Shown in pieces: positions 18,268 through 27,056 of a stretch of DNA of 31,830 nt; the stretch's first letter is position 1, and every line of letters begins with the position of its first letter. The DNA comes from Candidatus Rokuibacteriota bacterium (GTDB lineage Bacteria > Methylomirabilota > Methylomirabilia > Rokubacteriales > DASRDR01). A model generated the notes under the pieces. It was not told where the DNA came from. It ran no database searches and worked only from the letters and a program-made list of their open reading frames with translations. Location: positions 1 through 31,830 of the forward strand of contig JBIOTN010000109.1 in assembly GCA_044866005.1 (NCBI GenBank), written 5' to 3'. The translations under genes were made by a program, and so were the position numbers.

Positions 18268-18900
18268 ATGCCGACGCGGGTGCTCCTGGCGGAAGACCAT
18301 CTGATCGTCCGGCAGGGCGTGAAGGCCCTCCTCGAGCGCGAGGGGTTCGAGGTCGTCGGCCAGGTCTCCAACGGGCAAGAAGCCGTGGGCGTCGCCCGGG
18401 CCGTCCATCCCGACGTCGCCGTGCTCGATTTCACGATGCCGGTGCTGAACGGCCTCGATGCCGCCCGGGCGATCCTCCAGGCGTCGCCCGAGACACGGAC
18501 GATCCTCCTGACCGTCCACACCGAGGACGCGTACGTCCTGGAAGCGCTCCGCGCCGGGATCCGCGGCTACGTCGTCAAGACCCAGGCGGGCGCCGACCTC
18601 GTCCAGGCCATTCACGAGGTCAGCCGCGGGTTGGTCTACCTCAGCCCCGTCGTCTCTCAGGCCGTCGTCCGCGCCTACCTCGCCAAGACCGAGCTGCCCC
18701 CGGATCCCCTCAGCCCCCGCGAGCGCGAGGTCCTCCAGCTCGTCGCCGAGGGCAAGACCACGAAAGAGATCGCCCAGGCGCTGGGGGTGAGCGTCAAGAC
18801 CGCCGAGAGCCATCGCGGCCGGCTCATGGAGAAGCTCGACATCCATGACACCGCCGGGCTCGTCCGCTACGCCATCCGCCGCGGCCTGATCCAGCCCTGA
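18268..18900 (+). CDS. NarL/LuxR-family response regulator (copy 1)
   Basis: VLLAEDH, phospho-Asp in LDFTMP, GYVVK, HTH LSPREREVLQLVAEGKTTKEIAQALGVSVKTAESHR; starts 1 nt after the kinase stop. Confidence 0.95.
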   Translation: MPTRVLLAEDHLIVRQGVKALLEREGFEVVGQVSNGQEAVGVARAVHPDVAVLDFTMPVLNGLDAARAILQASPETRTILLTVHTEDAYVLEALRAGIRGYVVKTQAGADLVQAIHEVSRGLVYLSPVVSQAVVRAYLAKTELPPDPLSPREREVLQLVAEGKTTKEIAQALGVSVKTAESHRGRLMEKLDIHDTAGLVRYAIRRGLIQP

Positions 18901-19111
18901 CGCCGCCGGGCCGCCGACCTCCCAGGCGGCCACCTCGCTCCGGAATCGCCCCCCGCCCGGTTCAGGGATCTTTCTGCCCCATTGCCGGGATTTACCCGAT
19001 TCCCCGCGCGCGGGTCGCCGGCCACGTTTGAGGAAGAGGAACCGGTTGACCAGCCAGAGCGTGGACGCGCTTTTCCCCCCGGACCGAGGCTGACGGCAGG
19101 CTCCGTCCGCG

Positions 19112-19744
19112 ATGCCTTTACGGGTCCTGCTCGCTGACGACCACCTGATCGTCGGCCAGAGCCTGAAGGCGCTCCTCGAGCGCGAGGGGTTCCAGGTCGT
19201 CGGCCAGGTCTCCAACGGGCACGAAGCCGTGGGCGTCGCGCGGGCCGTCCGTCCCGACGTGGCCATCCTCGACTTCAGGATGCCGGTGCTGAACGGCCTC
19301 GATGCCGCCCGGGAGATCCTCAAGGCCTCGCCCGGGACGCGGACCATCCTCCTGACCGTCCACACGGAGGACGGGTACGTCCTGGAGGCGCTCCGCGCCG
19401 GGATCCGCGGCTACGTCGTCAAGACCCAGGCCGCCGCCGACCTCGTCCAGGCCATTCACGAGGTCAGCCGCGGGTTGGTCTACCTCAGCCCCGTCGTCTC
19501 CCAGGTCGTCGTCCGCGCCTACCTCGCCAAGACCGAGCTCCCGTCGGATCCCCTCACCCCCCGCGAGCGCGAGGTCCTCCAGCTCGTCGCCGAAGGCAAG
19601 ACCACGAAAGAGATCGCCCAGGCGCTGGGGGTGAGCGTCAAGACCGCGGAGAGCCATCGCAGCCGGCTCATGGAGAAGCTCGACATCCATGACACCGCCG
19701 GGCTCGTCCGCTACGCCGTCCGCCGCGGCCTGATCCAGCCCTGA
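19112..19744 (+). CDS. NarL/LuxR-family response regulator (copy 2, tandem paralog)
   Basis: 210 aa; by manual alignment 20 substitutions versus copy 1; phospho-Asp and HTH intact. Confidence 0.95.
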   Translation: MPLRVLLADDHLIVGQSLKALLEREGFQVVGQVSNGHEAVGVARAVRPDVAILDFRMPVLNGLDAAREILKASPGTRTILLTVHTEDGYVLEALRAGIRGYVVKTQAAADLVQAIHEVSRGLVYLSPVVSQVVVRAYLAKTELPSDPLTPREREVLQLVAEGKTTKEIAQALGVSVKTAESHRSRLMEKLDIHDTAGLVRYAVRRGLIQP

Positions 19745-19867
19745 CGTGACCGCTCCCCGAGGGCAACCCATCCGGACTTTACCGCCCCCCCTCTCCGGAA
19801 TCGCCCGGTCGTGAATTCGAGGGATCACCCAATTGCTGCCCACGATCGCGCGGGCTATTCCTCAATC

Positions 19868-20245
19868 ATGGTAGAAATCCTGATCGCGGACGACGATCAG
19901 GTGTTCCGGCAAGGTCTCAAGCGCCTGCTCGAATACGAGCGGGGGGTCACCGTGGTGGAAGCCGACGGCGGCGAGGAGGCGTTGCGACTCGCCCTGGCGC
20001 TTCGTCCCGAAATCGTCGTGATGGACATCGGCATGCCTCGGATGGACGGCCTGGAGGCCACGCGACGGATCAAGGCCGTGCAGCCCGAGACCAAGGTCAT
20101 CATCCTCACCGTTCACGACGAGGCGCCCTACCGGAAGGCGGCGCACGACAACGGTGCGGATTCGTTCGTCGTCAAGAAAGCCGTGACGGCTGATCTGATC
20201 CCCGCGATCCGGCGCCTGACGCCCAGCGGCTTTTCCGGCACGTAG
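19868..20245 (+). CDS. Stand-alone NarL-type receiver domain protein
   Basis: ILIADDD, VMDIGMPRMDGLEATRRIK, ILTVH, FVVKK; stops after alpha5 with no output domain; 125 aa from the ATG at 19868. Confidence 0.88.
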   Translation: MVEILIADDDQVFRQGLKRLLEYERGVTVVEADGGEEALRLALALRPEIVVMDIGMPRMDGLEATRRIKAVQPETKVIILTVHDEAPYRKAAHDNGADSFVVKKAVTADLIPAIRRLTPSGFSGT

Positions 20246-20257
20246 CCGAGACGGCAC

Positions 20258-20526
20258 CGGTACCCCCATGGAGAAGCCGCTCCAGACCGGCGTGAGAGAT
20301 TCCGGGGGGTATCGCATCGTCGCGCTCCGACACCGCGACGCACGTCGCCGGTGGCAGGCGACGACGGCAGGAGGGAACCGCCGCCCGAGGGTCTGATCGG
20401 GTCCCGTCGCCTGAGCCTCCACTGAGGCCCGGGCGACGGGAGCCCGGCCCCGCCCGAGCGGGGACCCCGTGGCGGCCCCACGAGCAGACGGGGAGCGGTT
20501 CCGACCGGGAGAGCCGGTCGAAACCG
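20258..20526 (+). promoter_or_regulatory. Candidate structured 5' leader of the EPS operon
   Basis: About eight consecutive hairpins, including 20402-20441 (TCCCGTCGCC/GGCGACGGGA plus inner GCCTC/GAGGC) and 20496-20526, directly upstream of the NusG paralog. Confidence 0.45.
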
Positions 20527-20579
20527 AAGGGGGCGAAGCCTTGCCAACCGCCGGAGTGGCGACCATCGCCGGTGAGCCG

Positions 20580-21128
20580 ATGCTGGCACTCGTGCCCACC
20601 GAGGCCAGCGGGGACGAGGCCGTCCGTGCCGGGGAGTGGTACGCCCTCCACACGAGCAGTCACTGCGAGCAACTCGTCCACGACCAGCTCACGGCCCGGG
20701 GATTCGACCTCTTCCTGCCGAAGATCGAAGTCTGGTCCCGGCGCGGCGGGCGGCGGCATCGCATCCCCGTCCCCTTGTTTCCCGGGTACCTGTTCCTGCA
20801 CCACGCGATGGACAAGGCCAGCTACGTCGAGGTGCGCAAGGCCAGAGGGCTCGTTCGGGTCCTGGGCGAGAGCTGGGACCGGCTGGCGGTGATCCCGGAC
20901 ATGGAGATCCAGGCCATTCGACGGGTCGTCGGCGCGCGGCTCCCTGCCCTCCCCCACCCCTTCCTCCGGGAAGGCCAGCGCGTGCGGATCACCCGCGGTC
21001 CGCTGGCGGACGTGGAGGGCCTGCTGGTGCGGCTCAAGCCGGGCAAAGGCCTCCTCGTCATCTCCATCGCCATGCTTCAGCGGAGCGTGGCGGTGGAGGT
21101 GGATTGCACCCTGGTCGCTGCCGCGTAG
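20580..21128 (+). CDS. NusG-paralog transcription antiterminator (UpxY/RfaH/LoaP-like)
   Basis: NGN domain WYALHTSSHCEQLV...FLPK...PLFPGYLF; KOW domain GQRVRITRGPLADVEG...QRSVAVEV; heads a polysaccharide locus. Alternative TTG start at 20541. Confidence 0.88.
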   Translation: MLALVPTEASGDEAVRAGEWYALHTSSHCEQLVHDQLTARGFDLFLPKIEVWSRRGGRRHRIPVPLFPGYLFLHHAMDKASYVEVRKARGLVRVLGESWDRLAVIPDMEIQAIRRVVGARLPALPHPFLREGQRVRITRGPLADVEGLLVRLKPGKGLLVISIAMLQRSVAVEVDCTLVAAA

Positions 21129-21216
21129 GGCGCGGGCCGCTGCCGCGCACGAGGACAGGAGTCCCACGTGTTTCGCGAACCCTCGGCCTTCCAGGACGTA
21201 TCATGGCGGGCGACGG

Positions 21217-22362
21217 ATGCGTCTCTTGAGGCGACGCTGCCTGGCGATCCCGCTGGCGCTCCTGGGGGCCCTGTCCGCGCCGACCGCAGCCCTGGCGCAG
21301 TCGGGCTTCTACCTCACCCCCGCCTTCTCGGTGGCCGAGGTGTACGACGACAACATCTTCTCGACGCCGTCCAGCCGGGAGTCGGACTTCATCTCGCGCT
21401 TCACTCCCGACATCCAGGCGGGCTACCGATCCGCGCCGCTGACGCTGCTGGGTCGGTACACCCTCGACGCGGAGGTCTTCGCCGAGCACGCCGAGCTGAA
21501 CAGCGCCGCGGCGCGGCAGCTCGCCTCGATCGACCTCCGGTACCTGCCGACGCCCCGGCTGACCCTCTCCCTCACCGGGAGCTACGTGGACACGCACACG
21601 CCGGGGGAGCTGAACGTGGAGAGCGCCATCGAGGTCCGTCGGGCCCGCGCCCAGCGCCTCTCCGGGGGGCCCTCCGCCGCCTACCGGTTCGATGCCCGCA
21701 CGGAGGGCACCCTGGATTACATGTTCTCGCGAGACCAGCTGGAGGGCGGCGTCACGACCGACGCACACGTCGCGAGACTGGGCCTCGACCGGCGCCTCAC
21801 GACGCGGGACACCGGGAGTCTGGGCTACACCTTCCGGCGATTCTTCTTCGACGGCGACGAGTCGACCTCGCACGCCGTCACGCTCGGCTGGATCCGGGAC
21901 TTCACGGCGTTCACCAGCGCCACGCTCCGGGCAGGACCGCGCTTCTCCGACGGGTCGGTGGACCCGGAGCTCTCGCTGTCGATTCTCCATCGACTGCAGC
22001 GCGGGGAGCTCTCGCTCTTTTACGCGCGGACCCTGACCACGGTGATCGGCGAGGCCGGCGCCGTCGAGACGGACAGCGTCGGCGCGACGGTCAGCTACAC
22101 GCTCCTGCCGCGGCTCGACCTGCGCGCCGCGCCGAGCTTCTCCAGGAGTAGCCGTGATGGCGGGGACCTGGAGGTCTACCGGTTCTTCCTGGAGGCCGGC
22201 TACCGCGTCAACAAGTGGATCGAGCTCGCGGCATCGTATCAGTGGAGCTTCGAGCAGGGCCGCCTGGAGGCCACATCCGTCGCGACCGCGCGCGGCGAGG
22301 AGATCATCCACAACATCTTCTTGCTGAGACTCACCTTCACCTATCCCTATCGCATCGACTAG
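21217..22362 (+). CDS. Outer-membrane beta-barrel protein associated with polysaccharide export
   Basis: Signal peptide ending ALA|Q, N-terminal EVYDDNIF...SDFISRFTP, amphipathic strands, terminal LRLTFTY; next to the OPX gene. Confidence 0.8.
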   Translation: MRLLRRRCLAIPLALLGALSAPTAALAQSGFYLTPAFSVAEVYDDNIFSTPSSRESDFISRFTPDIQAGYRSAPLTLLGRYTLDAEVFAEHAELNSAAARQLASIDLRYLPTPRLTLSLTGSYVDTHTPGELNVESAIEVRRARAQRLSGGPSAAYRFDARTEGTLDYMFSRDQLEGGVTTDAHVARLGLDRRLTTRDTGSLGYTFRRFFFDGDESTSHAVTLGWIRDFTAFTSATLRAGPRFSDGSVDPELSLSILHRLQRGELSLFYARTLTTVIGEAGAVETDSVGATVSYTLLPRLDLRAAPSFSRSSRDGGDLEVYRFFLEAGYRVNKWIELAASYQWSFEQGRLEATSVATARGEEIIHNIFLLRLTFTYPYRID

Positions 22363-22440
22363 GCTAGGCCCCCCCCCCGCGGCCGCGACCTGGCGGCACA
22401 CCGCACCCACGGCGGTACCCGACCCGCGTTGGAGGCAAAC

Positions 22441-23043
22441 ATGAGACCGCGCGCGCTCAGCTCCGGCGTCATTCTCGTCCTGGCGGCCGGCTTCTCCTCG
22501 GCGGCCTGGGCCCAGCAACCCGTCACAGCCGGCCCGGGACAGAACCACGTGGCGCAGGCGGGCGACTACAGGATCGGGCCGGAGGACGTTCTCCAGATCT
22601 CCGTGTGGAAGAACGACGGCATGAGCCGGACCGTGCCGGTGCGACCTGATGGCATGATCTCCCTTCCGCTGCTGAACGAGGTGCAGGCAGCCGGGCTCAC
22701 CCCCGCGCAGCTCCGGGAGGCCTTGATCACCAAGCTGGTGGAGTTCGAGCCGAACCCCGAGGTCTCCGTCATCGTCCAGGAGGTGCGGAGCTTCAAGGTC
22801 TCGGTGATCGGGGAGGTCGCCCACCCGGGCCGGTTCGAGCTCAAGAGCCGAGCCACGGTCCTCGACATCCTCGCCCAGGCCGGCGGGTTCAAGGAGTTCG
22901 CCTCACGCGCGCGAATCGTCGTCCTGCGCCTGCAGGGCGGGGCGATGAAGCGGATCCCCTTCAACTACAACAAGGTCATCTCTTCGGACGGCGAGCACGA
23001 GAACTTCTTCCTCCAGCCCGGCGACATCGTCGTGGTGCCGTAA
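22441..23043 (+). CDS. Short periplasmic OPX polysaccharide export protein (Poly_export + one SLBB)
   Basis: YRIGPEDVLQISVW, VRPDGMISLPLLNEVQAAGLT, VIGEVAHPG, LAQAGG, ends LQPGDIVVVP; SD GGAGG; no lipobox Cys. Confidence 0.9.
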   Translation: MRPRALSSGVILVLAAGFSSAAWAQQPVTAGPGQNHVAQAGDYRIGPEDVLQISVWKNDGMSRTVPVRPDGMISLPLLNEVQAAGLTPAQLREALITKLVEFEPNPEVSVIVQEVRSFKVSVIGEVAHPGRFELKSRATVLDILAQAGGFKEFASRARIVVLRLQGGAMKRIPFNYNKVISSDGEHENFFLQPGDIVVVP

Positions 23044-23083
23044 GCCGACGCCGGACGGCCAACGCAGGGAGCGGGACACGGAC

Positions 23084-24655
23084 GTGGAGACGGGTCGCGG
23101 CGCCGGGTGGGAAATGGCCCGGGCGGTGTGGAGCCGGCGGAAATGGCTGGCCATCCTCGTGCTGGCAGGCTCGCTGTCGACGGTGGTCAGCCTGACGCTG
23201 GCGCTGCCGAACCTCTACCGGTCCACCGCAACGGTGCTGGTGGAGCGCCCGCAGCTCGCGGAGACCTTCGTGCGGTCCTCGGTGACCGGCGAGCTCGAGA
23301 CCCGGCTGCAGACCGTGAGCCAGCAGATTCTCAGCCGTGCGCGCCTCAAGGAGCTGATCACCCGCTTCGAGCTCTATCCGGCTCTGAGAAAACGGGCGCC
23401 GCTGGACGCGGTCACCGAGCGGATGCGCCGGGACATCCAGCTCGACCTCAAAGGGGTGGACCAGACGGGTGGCCGCGGCGCGACCATCGCCTTCACGCTG
23501 AGCTATCTGGGCAAGGATCCGGAGACCGTCGCTCGGGTGACCAACACGCTGGCCTCCTTCTACGTCGAGGAGACCCTGCGGGTCCGTGAACGGCAGGCAG
23601 CCGGGACGACGGAGTTCCTCAAGCTCCAGCTCGACTCGGTGAAGAAGCGCCTGGACGCGCAGGAACGGCGGGTGAGCGAGTTCAAGGCGCGCTATATCGG
23701 CGAGCTTCCCCAGCAGGTCGCGCCGAACCTGGCCACCCTGGAACGCCTCAACGGGCAGCTGCGCCTGAACGATGCCAACCAGACCCGCCTCAGGGAGCGC
23801 CGGGCGGCGCTGGTGAAGCAGCTCGCCGAGACGCCCGCGGTCGGCGCTCCGCCCAGCCCCGACACGACCGCCGCCCGGATCGCGCGTCTGAACCAGGAGC
23901 TGGCACAGCTCCGCACCCGCTTCACCGACAAGTACCCGGACGTCATCCGGCTCAAGGCGGAGATCGCCGCCCTGGAGCGCCAGCTGGCCGAAACGAGCCC
24001 CGACGGGCAGCCGACGGCGGCACGGGCCACTCCGGTCGACCCCGCGCTCGTCCGCCAGAACGAGGCGCTCAGCCAGCTGGAGCGGGAGATGACCGGCCTC
24101 AAGGCCGAGGAGGACACCCTGCGGCGTGACCTCGCCGCGTATCAGCGGCGGGTCGAGAACGCGCCGCAGCGGGAGCAAGAGCTGCAGGAGCTGTCGCGCG
24201 ACTACGAGGCGACGAAGGAGCTGTACTACTCCCTCGTGAGGCGCTACGAGGACGCCGAGCTGGCGGAGAGCATGGAGCACCGCCAGAAAGGGGAACAGTT
24301 CCGACTCCTGGACCCGGCGATCCCCTCGCAAGCGCCGGCGGCGCCCAATCGCCGGCGGCTTCTGCTCGTCGGCACGATGCTTTCGCTCGCGGTAGCAGCG
24401 GGCGCAGCCGTGCTGGCCGAACGGCTCGACACTTCGTTCCACACGGTGGACGACCTTCGCGCGTTCACCAGAGTAGGCGTGCTGGCGAGCATCCCGCGCA
24501 TCGCCGCCGCGAGCGAGTCCCGGCGCCGGCGCCGACGCGCCGTGCTCGCGGTCGCCGGGGCCGCGGTGGGCCTGGCGTTGATCGCCGGCGCCTCCTACTA
24601 CGTCGCGCACGGCAACGACGATCTGGTCTGGATGCTGGTGCGGAACCCTTCCTGA
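23084..24655 (+). CDS. Polysaccharide co-polymerase / chain-length determinant (GumC/Wzc N-terminal type)
   Basis: TM after RRKWL, LPNLYRSTATVLV, long coiled coil with FTDKYPDV, GEQFRLLDPA, second TM, DTSFHTVDDL, VLASIP. Confidence 0.9.
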   Translation: METGRGAGWEMARAVWSRRKWLAILVLAGSLSTVVSLTLALPNLYRSTATVLVERPQLAETFVRSSVTGELETRLQTVSQQILSRARLKELITRFELYPALRKRAPLDAVTERMRRDIQLDLKGVDQTGGRGATIAFTLSYLGKDPETVARVTNTLASFYVEETLRVRERQAAGTTEFLKLQLDSVKKRLDAQERRVSEFKARYIGELPQQVAPNLATLERLNGQLRLNDANQTRLRERRAALVKQLAETPAVGAPPSPDTTAARIARLNQELAQLRTRFTDKYPDVIRLKAEIAALERQLAETSPDGQPTAARATPVDPALVRQNEALSQLEREMTGLKAEEDTLRRDLAAYQRRVENAPQREQELQELSRDYEATKELYYSLVRRYEDAELAESMEHRQKGEQFRLLDPAIPSQAPAAPNRRRLLLVGTMLSLAVAAGAAVLAERLDTSFHTVDDLRAFTRVGVLASIPRIAAASESRRRRRRAVLAVAGAAVGLALIAGASYYVAHGNDDLVWMLVRNPS

Positions 24656-24695
24656 GGGCGGGCGGAATGAACGCTCAGCGCGAATCAGGAGCCCG

Positions 24696-25616
24696 ATGAT
24701 CAACCGGTTACGGGCGGCCGCGGACGTCAGGCCGCAGTGGAGTCCCGGAGTTCCGCTCGGGCGACGAGACGGGGACGGCGCCGCCATGGCCGAAGCGCGC
24801 GAGCCCTCTCGTCAGCCGCGCCTGCCTCAGGAGCGGACCGGAATGCGCCCCAGAGGGAACGACCCACACCTCGTGGCTCTCTTCGCGCCCGAGTCGTTCG
24901 AGACGGGGCAGTACCAGGTCCTCCGCCATGCCCTGGAGCAAACGCGGGGCGGACTCGGCGTGATCGCCATTTCGAGTCCCGCCCCCGGTGACGGCAAGAC
25001 AACCACCGCCATCAACCTGGCCGCGGTGCTGGCCCAGGCCTCCGATCTCCGGGTCCTGCTGTTGGACGCCGACCTCCGCTGGTCCTCCGCGGGACGGTAT
25101 CTCGGGCTTCACGGGGGCCACCCGGGGCTGGCGGACCTCATCTCCGATCCCGCCCTTTCCCTGGACGAAGTGGTGTACCGCGACTCCGTGCTCAACTTCG
25201 CCGTCCTACCGGCCGGCCGGCGCCCCGACGCCGTCTACGAAACCCTCGCGGCCCCACGCGTCGGAGAAGTGCTGGAGGACGCCCGCCGCCGGTACGACTA
25301 CATCGTGGTGGACGCGCCACCTCTCCTCGCCGTGCCGGACTGCCGGGTCATCGCCAAGTGGGTGGACGGCTTCGTCATGGTGGTGGCGGCCCACAAGACC
25401 CCACGGCAGCTCGTCGCGGACGCGCTGAACGTCCTGGACCCCGCCAAGCTCATCGGCCTCGTCTTCAACGGCGATGAACGTCCGCTGTCCGGGTATTACG
25501 GGCCGTACTACAGCTATGGCCGACCCGCCGATGCCAGGCAGGCCGGCTGGTGGGCCCGGGCCCGAAACCACGTTGCCGGCGTCTTCTCGGGCCGGCACGC
25601 TTCACCGTCCGGCTGA
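24696..25616 (+). CDS. CpsD/CapB-family bacterial tyrosine kinase
   Basis: Walker A SSPAPGDGKTT, A' LLDADLR, B VVDAPP, Tyr cluster GYYGPYYSY. Start may instead be 24786. Confidence 0.9.
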   Translation: MINRLRAAADVRPQWSPGVPLGRRDGDGAAMAEAREPSRQPRLPQERTGMRPRGNDPHLVALFAPESFETGQYQVLRHALEQTRGGLGVIAISSPAPGDGKTTTAINLAAVLAQASDLRVLLLDADLRWSSAGRYLGLHGGHPGLADLISDPALSLDEVVYRDSVLNFAVLPAGRRPDAVYETLAAPRVGEVLEDARRRYDYIVVDAPPLLAVPDCRVIAKWVDGFVMVVAAHKTPRQLVADALNVLDPAKLIGLVFNGDERPLSGYYGPYYSYGRPADARQAGWWARARNHVAGVFSGRHASPSG

Positions 25617-25630
25617 GGGAGCATCCGCGA

Positions 25631-27052
25631 GTGGTGGCACTGGCCCTCGCTCTCGTCGAAGGCGGCTCGATCTTCCTGGCGGTGTGCGGGACGACGCTGC
25701 TCCTGGCGCGCCCGCTGCCGATCGCCTGGCTCGACGCCGGGGTGGCGCTGCGACCGTCGTTCGCGATCTCGCTGTGCTGCGTCGTGGCGTTCTACTACAG
25801 CGACCTCTACAACCTACGGGTCGTCCGCAGCTTTGCCCAGTTCGTCTTTCGACTGCCGAAGTCGCTCGCTGTCGCCATCGTCCCGCTGGCCGCCGCTTAC
25901 ATGCTGCTTCCCGAAGCCCGAACCGCGGACGGGAAACCGTTCGCTGCGAGCGTCCTCCTCAGCATCGGCCTGCTGCTGGCGTTGAGGGCGATCGCCTATG
26001 AAATCCTGCGCACCCGCCCGTTTACGGAGCGCGTGCTGGTCCTCGGAACCGGGCCCCTGGCGAGAGCGCTCATCACGGAGATCGAGGCCCGGCCACACGT
26101 CGGCTACACCATCGTCGCGGTGGCCGACGACGCCGTGCCCGCCGGCCAGCCAGCCTTCCGCTATCCGCTCGTCGGACCGCTCACGCATCTGGGGAAGACC
26201 ATCCAGGAGCTCGAACCCGACCGCATCATCGTCGCCCTCGCCGAGCGGCGGGGCCGGCTACCGATCCTCCCGCTGCTGGAGTCCCGGGCACGCCGAGTCA
26301 TCGTCGAGGACGGCATCGAGGTTTACGAGCGCATCACCGGAAAGCTCGCGATCCACTCGATTCGGCCGAGCAACCTGATCTTTTCCAGGACCTTCGGGAA
26401 TTCCCATCTCGTGCTCACGTTCCAGCGCCTCCTGAACCTGCTCGCCTCACTGGTGGGTCTGGTGGTCCTCGCGCCGCTGTTCGCCGTGATTGCGCTGGCG
26501 ATCAAGCTCGATTCGCCGGGCCCCGTGTTCTTCATCCACAGCCGCATGGGCCTCCACGGAAAGCGGTTCAAACTGGTGAAGTTCCGGACGATGCACCCGG
26601 TGACGCGGGAAACGTCCGAATGGGTATGCGACAACAGCGATCGGATCACTCGCGTGGGACGGTCGCTCCGCAAATTCCGCCTGGACGAGCTTCCTCAGTT
26701 CGTGAACATCCTCCGTGGGGACATGAACCTCGTGGGCCCCCGCCCTCATCCCGTCTCGAACTTCGAGCTCTTCACGGCGAAGATCCCCTACTACTCGCTC
26801 CGCGCTGCGGTCCGGCCGGGGGTCACCGGCTGGGCGCAAATCCGGTACGGGTACGCGAACAACCTCGAGGAAGAGATCGAGAAGATGCGCTACGACCTTT
26901 ACTACATCAAGCACATGTCCCTCTGGTTCGACCTCCGCATCCTCTTCGACACCGTCAAGATCGTTCTCCTCGGTCATGGCTCGGCCACGACGGCCGAGGT
27001 GCGGGTCGAAGCGCAGGACGGATCCCCGCAGCCGCAACTCCGGGCCGCGTGA
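25631..27052 (+). CDS. Priming polyprenyl-phosphate hexose-1-phosphate transferase (WcaJ/WbaP-like)
   Basis: Four N-terminal TMs, VLVLGTG domain, IKLDSPGPVFF, KFRTM, RITRVGRSLRKFRLDELPQFVNILRGDMNLVGPRP, RPGVTGWAQI, DLYYIKHMSLWFDLRIL; GTG after SD GAGGGAG. Confidence 0.92.
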   Translation: MVALALALVEGGSIFLAVCGTTLLLARPLPIAWLDAGVALRPSFAISLCCVVAFYYSDLYNLRVVRSFAQFVFRLPKSLAVAIVPLAAAYMLLPEARTADGKPFAASVLLSIGLLLALRAIAYEILRTRPFTERVLVLGTGPLARALITEIEARPHVGYTIVAVADDAVPAGQPAFRYPLVGPLTHLGKTIQELEPDRIIVALAERRGRLPILPLLESRARRVIVEDGIEVYERITGKLAIHSIRPSNLIFSRTFGNSHLVLTFQRLLNLLASLVGLVVLAPLFAVIALAIKLDSPGPVFFIHSRMGLHGKRFKLVKFRTMHPVTRETSEWVCDNSDRITRVGRSLRKFRLDELPQFVNILRGDMNLVGPRPHPVSNFELFTAKIPYYSLRAAVRPGVTGWAQIRYGYANNLEEEIEKMRYDLYYIKHMSLWFDLRILFDTVKIVLLGHGSATTAEVRVEAQDGSPQPQLRAA

Positions 27053-27056
27053 CGAC

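Noticed and set aside
20268..20396. 42-codon ATG ORF as a leader peptide before the antiterminator
   Set aside because: No SD, no informative codon run and no recognisable motif.
21168..22151. 327-aa ORF with AGGAG plus GTG start
   Set aside because: It is an out-of-frame overlap with the beta-barrel gene and has low-complexity composition.
22369..22378. Poly-C tract as a phase-variation switch
   Set aside because: It is intergenic and not within a recognisable promoter; there is no evidence without read-level length variation.
22411..22422. GGCGGTAC resembling the RfaH ops element
   Set aside because: It mismatches GGCGGTAGnnTG, lies after the second gene rather than in the leader, and is likely by chance at this GC.
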